Shown: one piece after another, positions 8,451 to 16,453 of the stretch
Numbering within the stretch: position 1 is the first letter of the stretch
Layout: every line of letters begins with the position of its first letter
DNA from: a bacterium
Lineage (GTDB): Bacteria > Krumholzibacteriota > Krumholzibacteriia > LZORAL124-64-63
Length of the DNA: 29,245 bases
NCBI GenBank assembly: GCA_031441465.1
Contig: JANOEP010000040.1
Location: forward strand, 1-29,245
Direction: 5' to 3'
The notes under the pieces: model-generated
Databases searched by the model: none
Seen by the model: the letters and a program-made list of their open reading frames with translations, nothing else
What the model was told of the DNA's origin: nothing
Translations under genes and position numbers: made by a program

Positions 8451-9542
8451 CTACTCGGCGGCCGCGGCCCTCAGCGCCGCCTGGTAGTACTCTTCGTGGG
8501 CCGCGAGGCACGGATGCCAGCCGAACTCCGCCTCGACCATGGCGCGGGCCTGCCGGGCCAGCACCGCGCGCGTGGTCCGCTCCTCGATCAGCCGGGACAG
8601 GGCGCTGGCTAGGGCGACATCGTTGCCCGGCGGCACCAACAGTCCCGTGTGGCCGTCGTGCACGGCCTCGAGGTTGCCGCCGACCGAGGTCGCGACCACC
8701 GCGCAGCCGCTGAGCATGTACTCCAGGACCGCGTTGCTGAAGCCCTCGGAGTCGGAGCACATCACGCCGACCGCCAGCCGCTGCAGGTAGGCCGGTACGT
8801 CGGCGACGCTGCCCGCGAACACGGTGCGCTCGGCGATCCCCAGCTCCGCCGCCAGCCGCTCGTACTGCGGGCGTAGCTCGCCTTCCCCGATCAGGTGCCA
8901 GGTCACCTCAGGGTGCCGGGCGGCCACCCGGGCGGCGGCCCTGAGGAACAGATCGGCACGTTTGACCTTGCGGTTGAGGTTGCCGACGATGCCGACCGCG
9001 ACGGCGGACTCCGGGTGCTCCGTGAAATGGTAGCGGTCGAGGTCGATCCCGTTGCGGATCACCCGGACCCGGTCCGGGCCCAACCGGTCCCGCCCGCACA
9101 CATGATGCTTGACCGCCTCGGAATTCGCCAGGAACCCGGTCGCCAGAGGGTAGGCGCGCCGCATCAGGAACTCCTGCGCGGGCGTGCGCCAGAAGCCGAG
9201 GTCGCGGAAGGACACGAGCCGCACCGGAACGCGGGCCAGCCGCGCGGCCGGCATGCCCAGCAGGGTCGGGTCCTGGAAGAACGTCTGCACGACGTCGATC
9301 TTCTGCTCGCGCAGGTGCCCCGCGAGAGCGCGCAGCCGGGACGCGCCCCCGGGCGAGAACAGCCGCCGGACGTCCAGCTCGAGCAGCGGGCAGTCCGCCT
9401 CCTCGACGTAGGAGGACGAGGGCCGCAAGGTGCACAGGCTGGGCGCGAACCGGCGGCGGTCGAGGCGGTTGATCAGTTCGACCAGCTGGGTCTCGGTGCC
9501 GCCGCGGCCGATGCTGTCGATGCAGTAGAGGACCTTGATCAA
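8451..9542 (-). CDS. Glycosyltransferase family 4 (GT-B)
   Basis: GGTETQL, NSEAV, VIRNGID, SDSEGFSNAVLE (E-x7-E), VGGNLEAV. TTG start with GGAGGA RBS. Confidence 0.93.
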   Translation of the reverse strand: MIKVLYCIDSIGRGGTETQLVELINRLDRRRFAPSLCTLRPSSSYVEEADCPLLELDVRRLFSPGGASRLRALAGHLREQKIDVVQTFFQDPTLLGMPAARLARVPVRLVSFRDLGFWRTPAQEFLMRRAYPLATGFLANSEAVKHHVCGRDRLGPDRVRVIRNGIDLDRYHFTEHPESAVAVGIVGNLNRKVKRADLFLRAAARVAARHPEVTWHLIGEGELRPQYERLAAELGIAERTVFAGSVADVPAYLQRLAVGVMCSDSEGFSNAVLEYMLSGCAVVATSVGGNLEAVHDGHTGLLVPPGNDVALASALSRLIEERTTRAVLARQARAMVEAEFGWHPCLAAHEEYYQAALRAAAAE

Positions 9543-9585
9543 ACCGGGGTATCCTCCCGGACGGACGCGCCGCCGCTGGAACGAA

Positions 9586-10143
9586 TCAGACGATGTAGTC
9601 GCCGCTGCCCTTGGTGGACACGACCCGGGCGGGCACGCCGGCGACGACCTCGTCGGGGTTGGTGCCGTGCGTCACGACCGCGTTCGCGCCCACGACGGTG
9701 CCCGAGGCGAGGTGGATCGGGCCGAGCACCTTGGCGCCGGGAGCGATGTAGACGCGGTCGCCCAGGGTCGGCACCCCCCAGACGCCCTGGCGGCGGCCCA
9801 GTCCGATCGTGACGCCTTGCGACAGGTTGCAGTCACAGCCGATCTTGACGTCGGTGTGCAGGATGATGCCGCCGAAGTGGCCGATGTACAGTCCCGGTCC
9901 GATCGTGCAGTCGGGCGAGATCGAGATGCCGGTGCTGATCTCGACGTTCTTCCACCAGAGGTGGTAGAAGGCCATCACCACATGGCGCAGCCCCGGGGGC
10001 AGGCGGTGGCGGTTGAGCCAGTTCCCGGCCCGGTAGCAGGCGCAGGCCCACAGGCCCTGCTGGGTCAGCAGCAGGCGCAGCGTGGATTCTCTGCTACCAT
10101 ATCGGCGCATCCGGCCGATATCGCTGCGGAAAAGGTCGAACAT
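9586..10143 (-). CDS. Serine O-acetyltransferase-like (EpsC/WcaB-type) left-handed beta-helix acetyltransferase
   Basis: TGISISPDCTIGPGLYIGHFGGI, QGVTIG, PTLGDRVYIAPGAKVLG, GANAVV, AGVPAR. It lacks the long CysE N-domain. ATG 10143 with GGAGG RBS. Confidence 0.88.
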   Translation of the reverse strand: MFDLFRSDIGRMRRYGSRESTLRLLLTQQGLWACACYRAGNWLNRHRLPPGLRHVVMAFYHLWWKNVEISTGISISPDCTIGPGLYIGHFGGIILHTDVKIGCDCNLSQGVTIGLGRRQGVWGVPTLGDRVYIAPGAKVLGPIHLASGTVVGANAVVTHGTNPDEVVAGVPARVVSTKGSGDYIV

Positions 10144-10261
10144 CCGGGAGCCTCCCGCGGGGAATGTGACACAGCGCGCGTCGGAGGGCCACCAAAGATC
10201 GCGCGCCGCGACGGTTCGAGAACGCCGCCCGCGCGCCCGCGCCGCGGACCAGGAGAACACG

Positions 10262-11152
10262 ATGTCGAAAAGCCAACCCCCGCTGGTCTCAGTCGTCACC
10301 GCCACCTATAACATGGGGCGCTACATCCGGGAAACCGTGGACTCCATCCTCGCGCAGACCCACGACCACCTCGAACTGATCATCGTGGACGACGGCTCCA
10401 CCGACGACACGACGGCGGTCCTGGCGGCCTACGCCGACGACCCCCGGGTCCGGCTCATCCGGCAGGAGAACGCCGGCCAGACCGCGGCCAAGAACCGGGG
10501 CTTGCAGGCCGCCTGCGGGGAGTTCGTCGGCTTCTGCGACGCCGACGACCACTGGCTGCCCGACAAGCTGGCCCGCCAGCTGCCCCGCTTCGAGGACGCT
10601 CCCCGCCTGGGCGTGGTCTACGGCGATTTCATCTGCATCGACGGCGAGGGGCTGCCCACCGCGACGCCCCGCTGGCCGTGCTACAGCGGCCGGATCACCG
10701 GCAAGCTGCTGGTCGACAACTTCGTGCACTTCCCCACGGCCCTGGCTCGTCGCGCGGCCGTCGAGCAGGCCGGGGGCTTCGACACGTCGCTGACGATGGC
10801 GATCGACTACGACCTCTGGCTGCGCATCTCGCTGGACTGGGACTTCCTGCACGTGCCCGAGACCGTGGTCGAGTACCGGCTGTGGGAAGGCCAGATGTCC
10901 CACCGCACGGCCGAGCGCCTGGACAACGCCTTCCGCATGATGACGCGCTTCCTGGCCGAACACCCCGACAGCGTGACCGGGGCCGAGCGCCGCTACGCCT
11001 GGACCTATTCCTACGTGACTCGCGCGAGTTGGCACGCCGGCCAGGGGCGGATCGGGGCCGCGGCTGCCGATTTCCTGAGGGCGGCCCGCCAGCGTCCCTG
11101 GGACCTACGGCTATGGAAGTCCATGGCCCGCTGCGCCTTGAGACGTTCCTGA
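10262..11152 (+). CDS. Glycosyltransferase family 2 (GT-A)
   Basis: VSVVTATYN, IVDDGSTD, NAGQTAAKNRG, FCDADD (DxD), DYDLWLR. ATG 10262 with AGGAG RBS. Confidence 0.93.
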   Translation: MSKSQPPLVSVVTATYNMGRYIRETVDSILAQTHDHLELIIVDDGSTDDTTAVLAAYADDPRVRLIRQENAGQTAAKNRGLQAACGEFVGFCDADDHWLPDKLARQLPRFEDAPRLGVVYGDFICIDGEGLPTATPRWPCYSGRITGKLLVDNFVHFPTALARRAAVEQAGGFDTSLTMAIDYDLWLRISLDWDFLHVPETVVEYRLWEGQMSHRTAERLDNAFRMMTRFLAEHPDSVTGAERRYAWTYSYVTRASWHAGQGRIGAAAADFLRAARQRPWDLRLWKSMARCALRRS

Positions 11153-11174
11153 TCCTTTTCCCCCAGGCACCGGC

Positions 11175-11203
11175 TCGACATTTCCACCGATTTGTGTTAT
11201 CAT
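11175..11203 (+). promoter_or_regulatory. Sigma70-type promoter with extended -10
   Basis: TCGACA (11175-11180), 17-nt spacer containing TGn, TATCAT (11198-11203), about 65 nt upstream of ATG 11269. Confidence 0.6.
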
Positions 11204-11268
11204 TCCCAGTTCTGAAGGACATCTGGGGGGCCGAGACCCCCGCCGACACCCACGACCCGGGAGCCATC

Positions 11269-12645
11269 ATGGCCTTGAAGACCATCCTGGCCGCGTGCAT
11301 TGCCTCGCTCATCGCGAATTCCGCCGTGATCGCCGCGCCGATTTCCACGCTGACCAAGACCCCGACCGCCAACATCCTGAACGAGGACCGCGTGGACCTC
11401 GCGTGGACCTACGCGACCACCCCCGATTCGCTGCGCATCGATTTCGGCGACGGGCAGACGAAGAGCTTCCCCGCCGCCATCACCACGGCGCGCCACGTTT
11501 TCCGCAGCGCGGGCCGCTACGACATCGTCGTCACCGCCTGGAAGAACGGCGTCGCCGAGCAGCAGTCCTTCCTGAACTTCGTCGTCGTCGGGCAGCGACC
11601 GCTGCTCGGCACCAACATGATGTTCGTGCACCATTCCACGGGCCGCAACCTGATCCGCGACAGCGGCGTGCGCAGCCTGCTGGAGTCGCACAACACGCGC
11701 TACGGCACGGGCATGAAATTCTGGGACCACGACTACGACAGCGGGAACACCTTCACCGGGATCATCAAGCCCGACAGCACCGTCCATAGCGACTGGTCGT
11801 ACGGCGCCGAGGCGAACGACATCCAGCCCGACGGCTGGTTCACCGTGTTCTGCACCGGCAGCGCCTTCATGGACTCCCTGCTGAACCGCCACGACATCAT
11901 CATCCTGAAGAACGACCATAGCACCGGCGACATCACCTCGGACACGATGCTGCAGACCTACCAGAGCCAGTACCTGCAGATCCGCAGCGTCCTGGACCAG
12001 CATCCCGACAAGCTGTTCGTGCTGGTCAGCGGCTCGCCGCGACGCCCCGAGGACACGACCAACGCCATGGCCGACCGCTCGCGCACGTTCTACAACTGGC
12101 TGCAGAGCCCGACCTACATGAACGGCCACCCGAACCTCGTCTACTTCGACCTGTTCGACGAGCTGGCCGCGCCGAACGTCGCCTCGAACCCCGCGCGCAA
12201 CATGCTGCGCCCGGAGTACCGCCGTCCCGACGCGCCGAGCGACAGCCATCCCAACACCTTCGCCAACGTCACCATCGGGCCGCGCTTCGCCTCGATGCTG
12301 ATCCGCATGGTGGACCCCAGCTGGATCGGCGAGCTGACCGCGGCCCCCGGCGCGACGCCGGCGCCGCTGCTGCTGGCGGTGGGCAACCACCCGAACCCGT
12401 TCAACCCGAGCACCGTCATCGACTTCACGCTGACACAGCCAGCGCCGGTGAACCTCGACGTTTTCGACTTGTCGGGACGGCTGATCCGTCGCATCCTCGG
12501 CCCCGTCCGGCTCGAAGCCGGATCGCACACCGCGCACTGGGACGGAACCGACGACCAGGGGCGGAGCCAGCCGTCGGGCGTGTACCTGTACCGCGTCGAC
12601 GGCGGCCCCGAGAGCGTTTCACGCCGCATGCTCCTGGTCCGCTGA
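11269..12645 (+). CDS. Exported protein: signal peptide, PKD domain, SGNH-like domain, C-terminal FlgD-Ig-type domain
   Basis: Signal peptide MALKTILAACIASLIANSAVIA; PKD (DFGDG...HVFRSAGRYDIVVT); FVHHSTG...DSHPN core; C-terminal NHPNPFNPST...VFDLSGRLIR...WDGTDDQG...SGVYLYRV...RRMLLVR. Confidence 0.8.
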   Translation: MALKTILAACIASLIANSAVIAAPISTLTKTPTANILNEDRVDLAWTYATTPDSLRIDFGDGQTKSFPAAITTARHVFRSAGRYDIVVTAWKNGVAEQQSFLNFVVVGQRPLLGTNMMFVHHSTGRNLIRDSGVRSLLESHNTRYGTGMKFWDHDYDSGNTFTGIIKPDSTVHSDWSYGAEANDIQPDGWFTVFCTGSAFMDSLLNRHDIIILKNDHSTGDITSDTMLQTYQSQYLQIRSVLDQHPDKLFVLVSGSPRRPEDTTNAMADRSRTFYNWLQSPTYMNGHPNLVYFDLFDELAAPNVASNPARNMLRPEYRRPDAPSDSHPNTFANVTIGPRFASMLIRMVDPSWIGELTAAPGATPAPLLLAVGNHPNPFNPSTVIDFTLTQPAPVNLDVFDLSGRLIRRILGPVRLEAGSHTAHWDGTDDQGRSQPSGVYLYRVDGGPESVSRRMLLVR

Positions 12646-12663
12646 GCGACGGAGGCTCCGCGG

Positions 12664-13239
12664 ATGCTCCAGGTCCTCAAGGAATTCCGGCGGTCGCTGA
12701 GCGACCCCACCGGCCGCCTGCTGCTGCGCTACTCCTTCGTGCGCAACTGCCCCGGCTCCTACGGTTTCCTGCTGCGGGCCGGGGTGTTGCGCCCGGCCTT
12801 CGGGAGCTGCGGGCCGCGGGTCCGCATCCACGAAGGCGCCCGCTTCCGCAACGTCCACAAGATCCTGCTCGGGGACAACGTCACCATCGGCGTCGACAAC
12901 TTCCTGCAGGCCGCCGGCGGCATCACCGTCGGGGACCACACCCTGCTCGGGCCGGGCGTCAAGATCTGGACGACCAACCACGTCTTCGCCGATCCCGACC
13001 GCCCGATCCGCGACCAGGGCGCCGAGTACCGCGCGGTCGTCATCGGCAGCGACGTCTGGATCGGCTCGAACGCCTTCCTGATGCCCGGCGTCGAGCTGGG
13101 CGACGGCTGCATCGTCTCGGCCGGCTCGATCGTGGGCGCCAAGAAGTACCCCCCCTTCAGCATCCTCATGGGCAACCCCGCGCGGGTCATCGGCAACCGC
13201 AAGAAGACCGGGCCCTCACCGGAAGACGGCGCCGCGTGA
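12664..13239 (+). CDS. Hexapeptide-repeat (LbH) sugar O-acyltransferase, maltose/galactoside acetyltransferase-like
   Basis: GGITVGDHTLLGPGVKIWTTNH, VVIGSDVWIGSNAFLMPGV, GNPARVI. Confidence 0.9.
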   Translation: MLQVLKEFRRSLSDPTGRLLLRYSFVRNCPGSYGFLLRAGVLRPAFGSCGPRVRIHEGARFRNVHKILLGDNVTIGVDNFLQAAGGITVGDHTLLGPGVKIWTTNHVFADPDRPIRDQGAEYRAVVIGSDVWIGSNAFLMPGVELGDGCIVSAGSIVGAKKYPPFSILMGNPARVIGNRKKTGPSPEDGAA

Positions 13240-15026
13240 CCAGCGAGCGGTCGTCGCGAACTGTCGCGACCTCACGACTGCTCGCGGCCGCCGACGCGGT
13301 CGGTCCGGGCGCCGCGCCGGACGTCCTGCGGGACGCCCTGGTCGCCGCCTTGCCGCCGGGTCCCGACCGCATCGCCCGGATCGAGGATCTGGTCGACGAG
13401 GGCCGCGCCGTTTGGGATCTGCTGCTCTGCGGCTCAGGACGCGGTCACCTGCTGCTGGGCGGCGCCGGCTGCAGCGCGGCGGCGCTCGCGCTGGCGCGGC
13501 GCTGGGAACGCGTGACGGTCATCGAACCCAGTCCAGACATGCTCAAACTATTGGTGCGGCGATGCGACGCCGCGGGGATCATGAATCTGGTCGCGCTGAA
13601 CGGCGGCGACGGTCCTTCGCTTCCCCTGCCCGATGCGTGCTGCGACGCCGTGGCCTGGCTCGCCGACGACACGGCATCGCCGCCCTGCGCCGGTGACGAT
13701 CCCGCCGGCTGGCCGCGCCGCTTCCTGACCGAAGCCGCCCGCGTGCTGCACCCAGGGGGCGGGATCTACCTGGCCGCACCCGGCCGCTGGCGTCGAGCGC
13801 GTCCCTTCCGCAGCACGGCGGCCGCTGCGCTCGATTTGCGCACGCTCACAACCACGGCCACAGCGGCCGGCTTGTCGGTCGTCCGGCGCTGGGCGGTCGA
13901 GGGTCGGGCCGACGGTCCTCGCAGCTGGGTAGATCTCGACGATCCGTCCGCCGTCGCGGAACATCGTCGCCAGGCAAAGGACGCCGCCCGGCGGCTCCCG
14001 CCCGCCTTGTACCGCATGACGGCGCCGCACCTCGCCCTGACCGCGTCGCGGGGACCAGCAGGCGCTTCCTGGCTGGAAGGCGCATTGGCCGAAGCCGCGC
14101 GCACGCTCGGCCTCGCGGCTGGTTCCTGGCGCGCCTCGCCGCCGCAGGCCCTGCGCAAGGGCAAGCTCATCCTGACGTTGAACGCCGACGACGGCCGCGG
14201 CTGGATCGTGAAGGTCCCCCTGCGCGACGACGTCGCCGCGGCGATGGGGCACGGCCAGGGCATCCTGGAACTACTGCTGGCGAAGTTGTCTCCAGACGAC
14301 CGTCTGCGGCGCCTCCTGCCGGCGCAGGCCCTGGACGTCGAGCATCACGGGCTGCGGTTGCACCTCGAGAGACTCTGCGAGGGCCGCCCCTGGGCCGCGG
14401 AGCGCCCCGCTCCCGGGCTGAGGCAAGCCGGCATCGTCGAGGTCATGAAGGTACTGACGGCCCAGGACCCCGCAGCCTGCGGCCTGGACGACCGCCACAA
14501 CACCCTGCTGCACGCCCCGGACGACCTCGCCGGTCTCCTCGAACCCGCGGAATCGGAGACGCTGCGACGCGCGGCAGCGTTGCTCGACGACGGGCGCGCC
14601 CCGCGGCTCCACCTGCGCAAGGGCGACCTCTCGCTCAGCAACGTGTTCCTGGATGGCGGCCGGATCTCCGGCCTGATCGACTGGGACGAGACGGGCGTGA
14701 CGCGCCATCCCCTGGCGCCGCTCGGCGACCTGCTCTTTTCGTGGCTATGGCAGTTGGAAGGCTGGTCGCGCGCGCGGAGCCTGGCGACGCTCGCCGGCGG
14801 CCGGTTCGTCGACCTGCCGCCGACGCTGGACGTCCCGGGATTGCTGGCGGCGCTCGACCGCGGCCCGGACGACCTCGCGCGCGGCGCGCTGGCTTCCTGG
14901 CTTGAGCACGCCTACCACGAGCTGCAGCACCCGGTGTTCCGCTGCCGCGAGGACCGCGTCGACGCGCTGCTGGTGCAGCCGTGCCGGGCGCTCGGACCCG
15001 TGCTGGCGGGACGGGTCGGGAACTAG
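13236..15026 (+). CDS. Class I SAM-methyltransferase-like / APH-type phosphotransferase fusion
   Basis: N-half: LLGGAGCS motif I-like, VTVIEPS, LPLPDACCDAV, FLTEAARVLHPGG. C-half: WIVKVP, KGDLSLSNV, GLIDWDE. GTGA overlap with the upstream acyltransferase. Confidence 0.75.
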   Translation: MTSERSSRTVATSRLLAAADAVGPGAAPDVLRDALVAALPPGPDRIARIEDLVDEGRAVWDLLLCGSGRGHLLLGGAGCSAAALALARRWERVTVIEPSPDMLKLLVRRCDAAGIMNLVALNGGDGPSLPLPDACCDAVAWLADDTASPPCAGDDPAGWPRRFLTEAARVLHPGGGIYLAAPGRWRRARPFRSTAAAALDLRTLTTTATAAGLSVVRRWAVEGRADGPRSWVDLDDPSAVAEHRRQAKDAARRLPPALYRMTAPHLALTASRGPAGASWLEGALAEAARTLGLAAGSWRASPPQALRKGKLILTLNADDGRGWIVKVPLRDDVAAAMGHGQGILELLLAKLSPDDRLRRLLPAQALDVEHHGLRLHLERLCEGRPWAAERPAPGLRQAGIVEVMKVLTAQDPAACGLDDRHNTLLHAPDDLAGLLEPAESETLRRAAALLDDGRAPRLHLRKGDLSLSNVFLDGGRISGLIDWDETGVTRHPLAPLGDLLFSWLWQLEGWSRARSLATLAGGRFVDLPPTLDVPGLLAALDRGPDDLARGALASWLEHAYHELQHPVFRCREDRVDALLVQPCRALGPVLAGRVGN

Positions 15027-16135
15027 CGCGCGGCAGCCGCCGCGGCGTAGACCTCGAGGTAGTCGTCGACCATGCGGGCAAGCGTGTAGCGTTCCCGCTG
15101 CTCGCGGGCGGCGGCCTCGCCCAGCCGGCGGCCGAGTTCGGGATCGCCGGCCAGCCGCGCCAGCGCGTCGGCCAGCCCGGCGGCGTCCCCCACCTCGACC
15201 AGCAGACCGGTTTGCTCCTGCCTCAACACTTCCGCGAGCCCCCCGACGCGCGACGCGATCACCGGGACGCCCAGCGACATGGCTTCGAGCAGCGTGTAGG
15301 GCAGGCCCTCGTGCAACGAGGGCATCAGCAGCGCGTCGAGGTGGGCGATCCAATCCAGGATGTCGCGCTGGAAGCCGTGGAAACGGACCCGGTCCGCGAC
15401 GCCTAGCGCCCGGGCTTCGTCCTGCAGGGCGTCGAGCAGAGGGCCGGTGCCGATCACGTCCAGGCGAACCTGCGGCGGCATTTCAGACGAAGTGAGTGCG
15501 CGCAGCGCGTGCACGATGCCCTTGACCTCGCTGACGCGGCCGACGATGCCGGCGTGGAAGAGGCCGGGCTCGAGACCCGGAGGGCGCGGGCGGCCGGCGC
15601 GGGTGATGGGGTCGATGCCGTTGTGGATCACGCGGCGGGGCAGGCCTGCGTGGATCCGGTCACAGCGGTGCATGATGTCGGCGGTCACGTAGCAGACTTG
15701 GGCGTGGAGGCGGCGGGTGGACCACCCTTCCAGATCACGGTAGAAACGAGTCTTGAGCCGCACGGACAGATCTCCGCCCGGTTCGGAAAGTCCGTGAACC
15801 GTTTTCACGACCGGCAAGTGCCGCGCGGCTGGGCAAAGCGAGGAGGTGACCGCGGCCCGGTATCCGTGCACGTGCAGAAGGTCGCCCTTGCCGGCGGCCA
15901 GCAGACGCGCCAGACCACGGACGGGAGCGAAATCGTACGGACCGGCCGAGGGCAGGATCTCGACTTCAGTACCCTGGTCCCGCAGTCCCGCCGCGAGTTC
16001 TCGGTCGTGGAAGAGCGCTACGGTTGGAACTACGGCTCCCGAACCGGACAAAAGACGCGCTAGACCGAGAATCTGAGTTTCCACACCGCCTAACAATTCA
16101 CCCGGCGCCAGCAGACAGACGGTCATGGTCGCCAT
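15023..16135 (-). CDS. Glycosyltransferase family 4 (GT-B)
   Basis: GGVETQI, HVHG, TVHG, VIHNGID, VGRVSEVKG, PSLHEGLPYTLLEAM, SRVGGLAE. Start is 16135 (AAGGA RBS), 16126 or 16144. Confidence 0.93.
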   Translation of the reverse strand: MATMTVCLLAPGELLGGVETQILGLARLLSGSGAVVPTVALFHDRELAAGLRDQGTEVEILPSAGPYDFAPVRGLARLLAAGKGDLLHVHGYRAAVTSSLCPAARHLPVVKTVHGLSEPGGDLSVRLKTRFYRDLEGWSTRRLHAQVCYVTADIMHRCDRIHAGLPRRVIHNGIDPITRAGRPRPPGLEPGLFHAGIVGRVSEVKGIVHALRALTSSEMPPQVRLDVIGTGPLLDALQDEARALGVADRVRFHGFQRDILDWIAHLDALLMPSLHEGLPYTLLEAMSLGVPVIASRVGGLAEVLRQEQTGLLVEVGDAAGLADALARLAGDPELGRRLGEAAAREQRERYTLARMVDDYLEVYAAAAAAR

Positions 16136-16266
16136 GCTCAACACATCCTTCTGCGGCCCAGCAACAGATCCAAGCTGACAAACCTACCAACAGGTCATAA
16201 ACTGCGGATCCTCTGCCGGTCGTGGCCGCTCCACGCCCAATACGGCACGGGTTCCGGCAATGCTTC

Positions 16267-16294
16267 TTGCGGCACGATTGCGGCAAGTTGCGGC
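16267..16294 (+). repeat. Three direct TTGCGGC repeats in helical phase; candidate transcription-factor site
   Basis: TTGCGGC at 16267, 16278 and 16288 (spacing 11 and 10 nt) in a divergent intergenic region. Confidence 0.6.
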
Positions 16295-16344
16295 GGTTCG
16301 GCCGCGTTGGTCGCCCCGGGCCGGGGCCGCCGGAATTCCCTGTC

Positions 16345-16374
16345 TTGCATCCTCCACCCTGGCATGGTTATCAT
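16345..16374 (+). promoter_or_regulatory. Candidate sigma70-type promoter
   Basis: TTGCAT (16345-16350), 18-nt spacer, TATCAT (16369-16374). Confidence 0.45.
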
Positions 16375-16388
16375 ACCCTGACGAGCGG

Positions 16389-16404
16389 TGGCATGGGAAT
16401 TGCG
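16389..16404 (+). promoter_or_regulatory. Candidate sigma54 (-24/-12) promoter
   Basis: TGGCATGGGAATTGCG matches TGGCACG-N4-TTGC with exact GG-N10-GC spacing, 50 nt upstream of ATG 16454. Confidence 0.6.
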
Positions 16405-16453
16405 AATCAGCCGTAAAACCGCAACCGTTAACAGCATCCGAGGCGAAGAAACC

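Noticed and set aside
9586..10143. Calling this gene cysE because cysS is in the same run
   Set aside because: It is short, lacks the CysE N-terminal domain and sits among glycosyltransferases, so it fits a polysaccharide acetyltransferase better.
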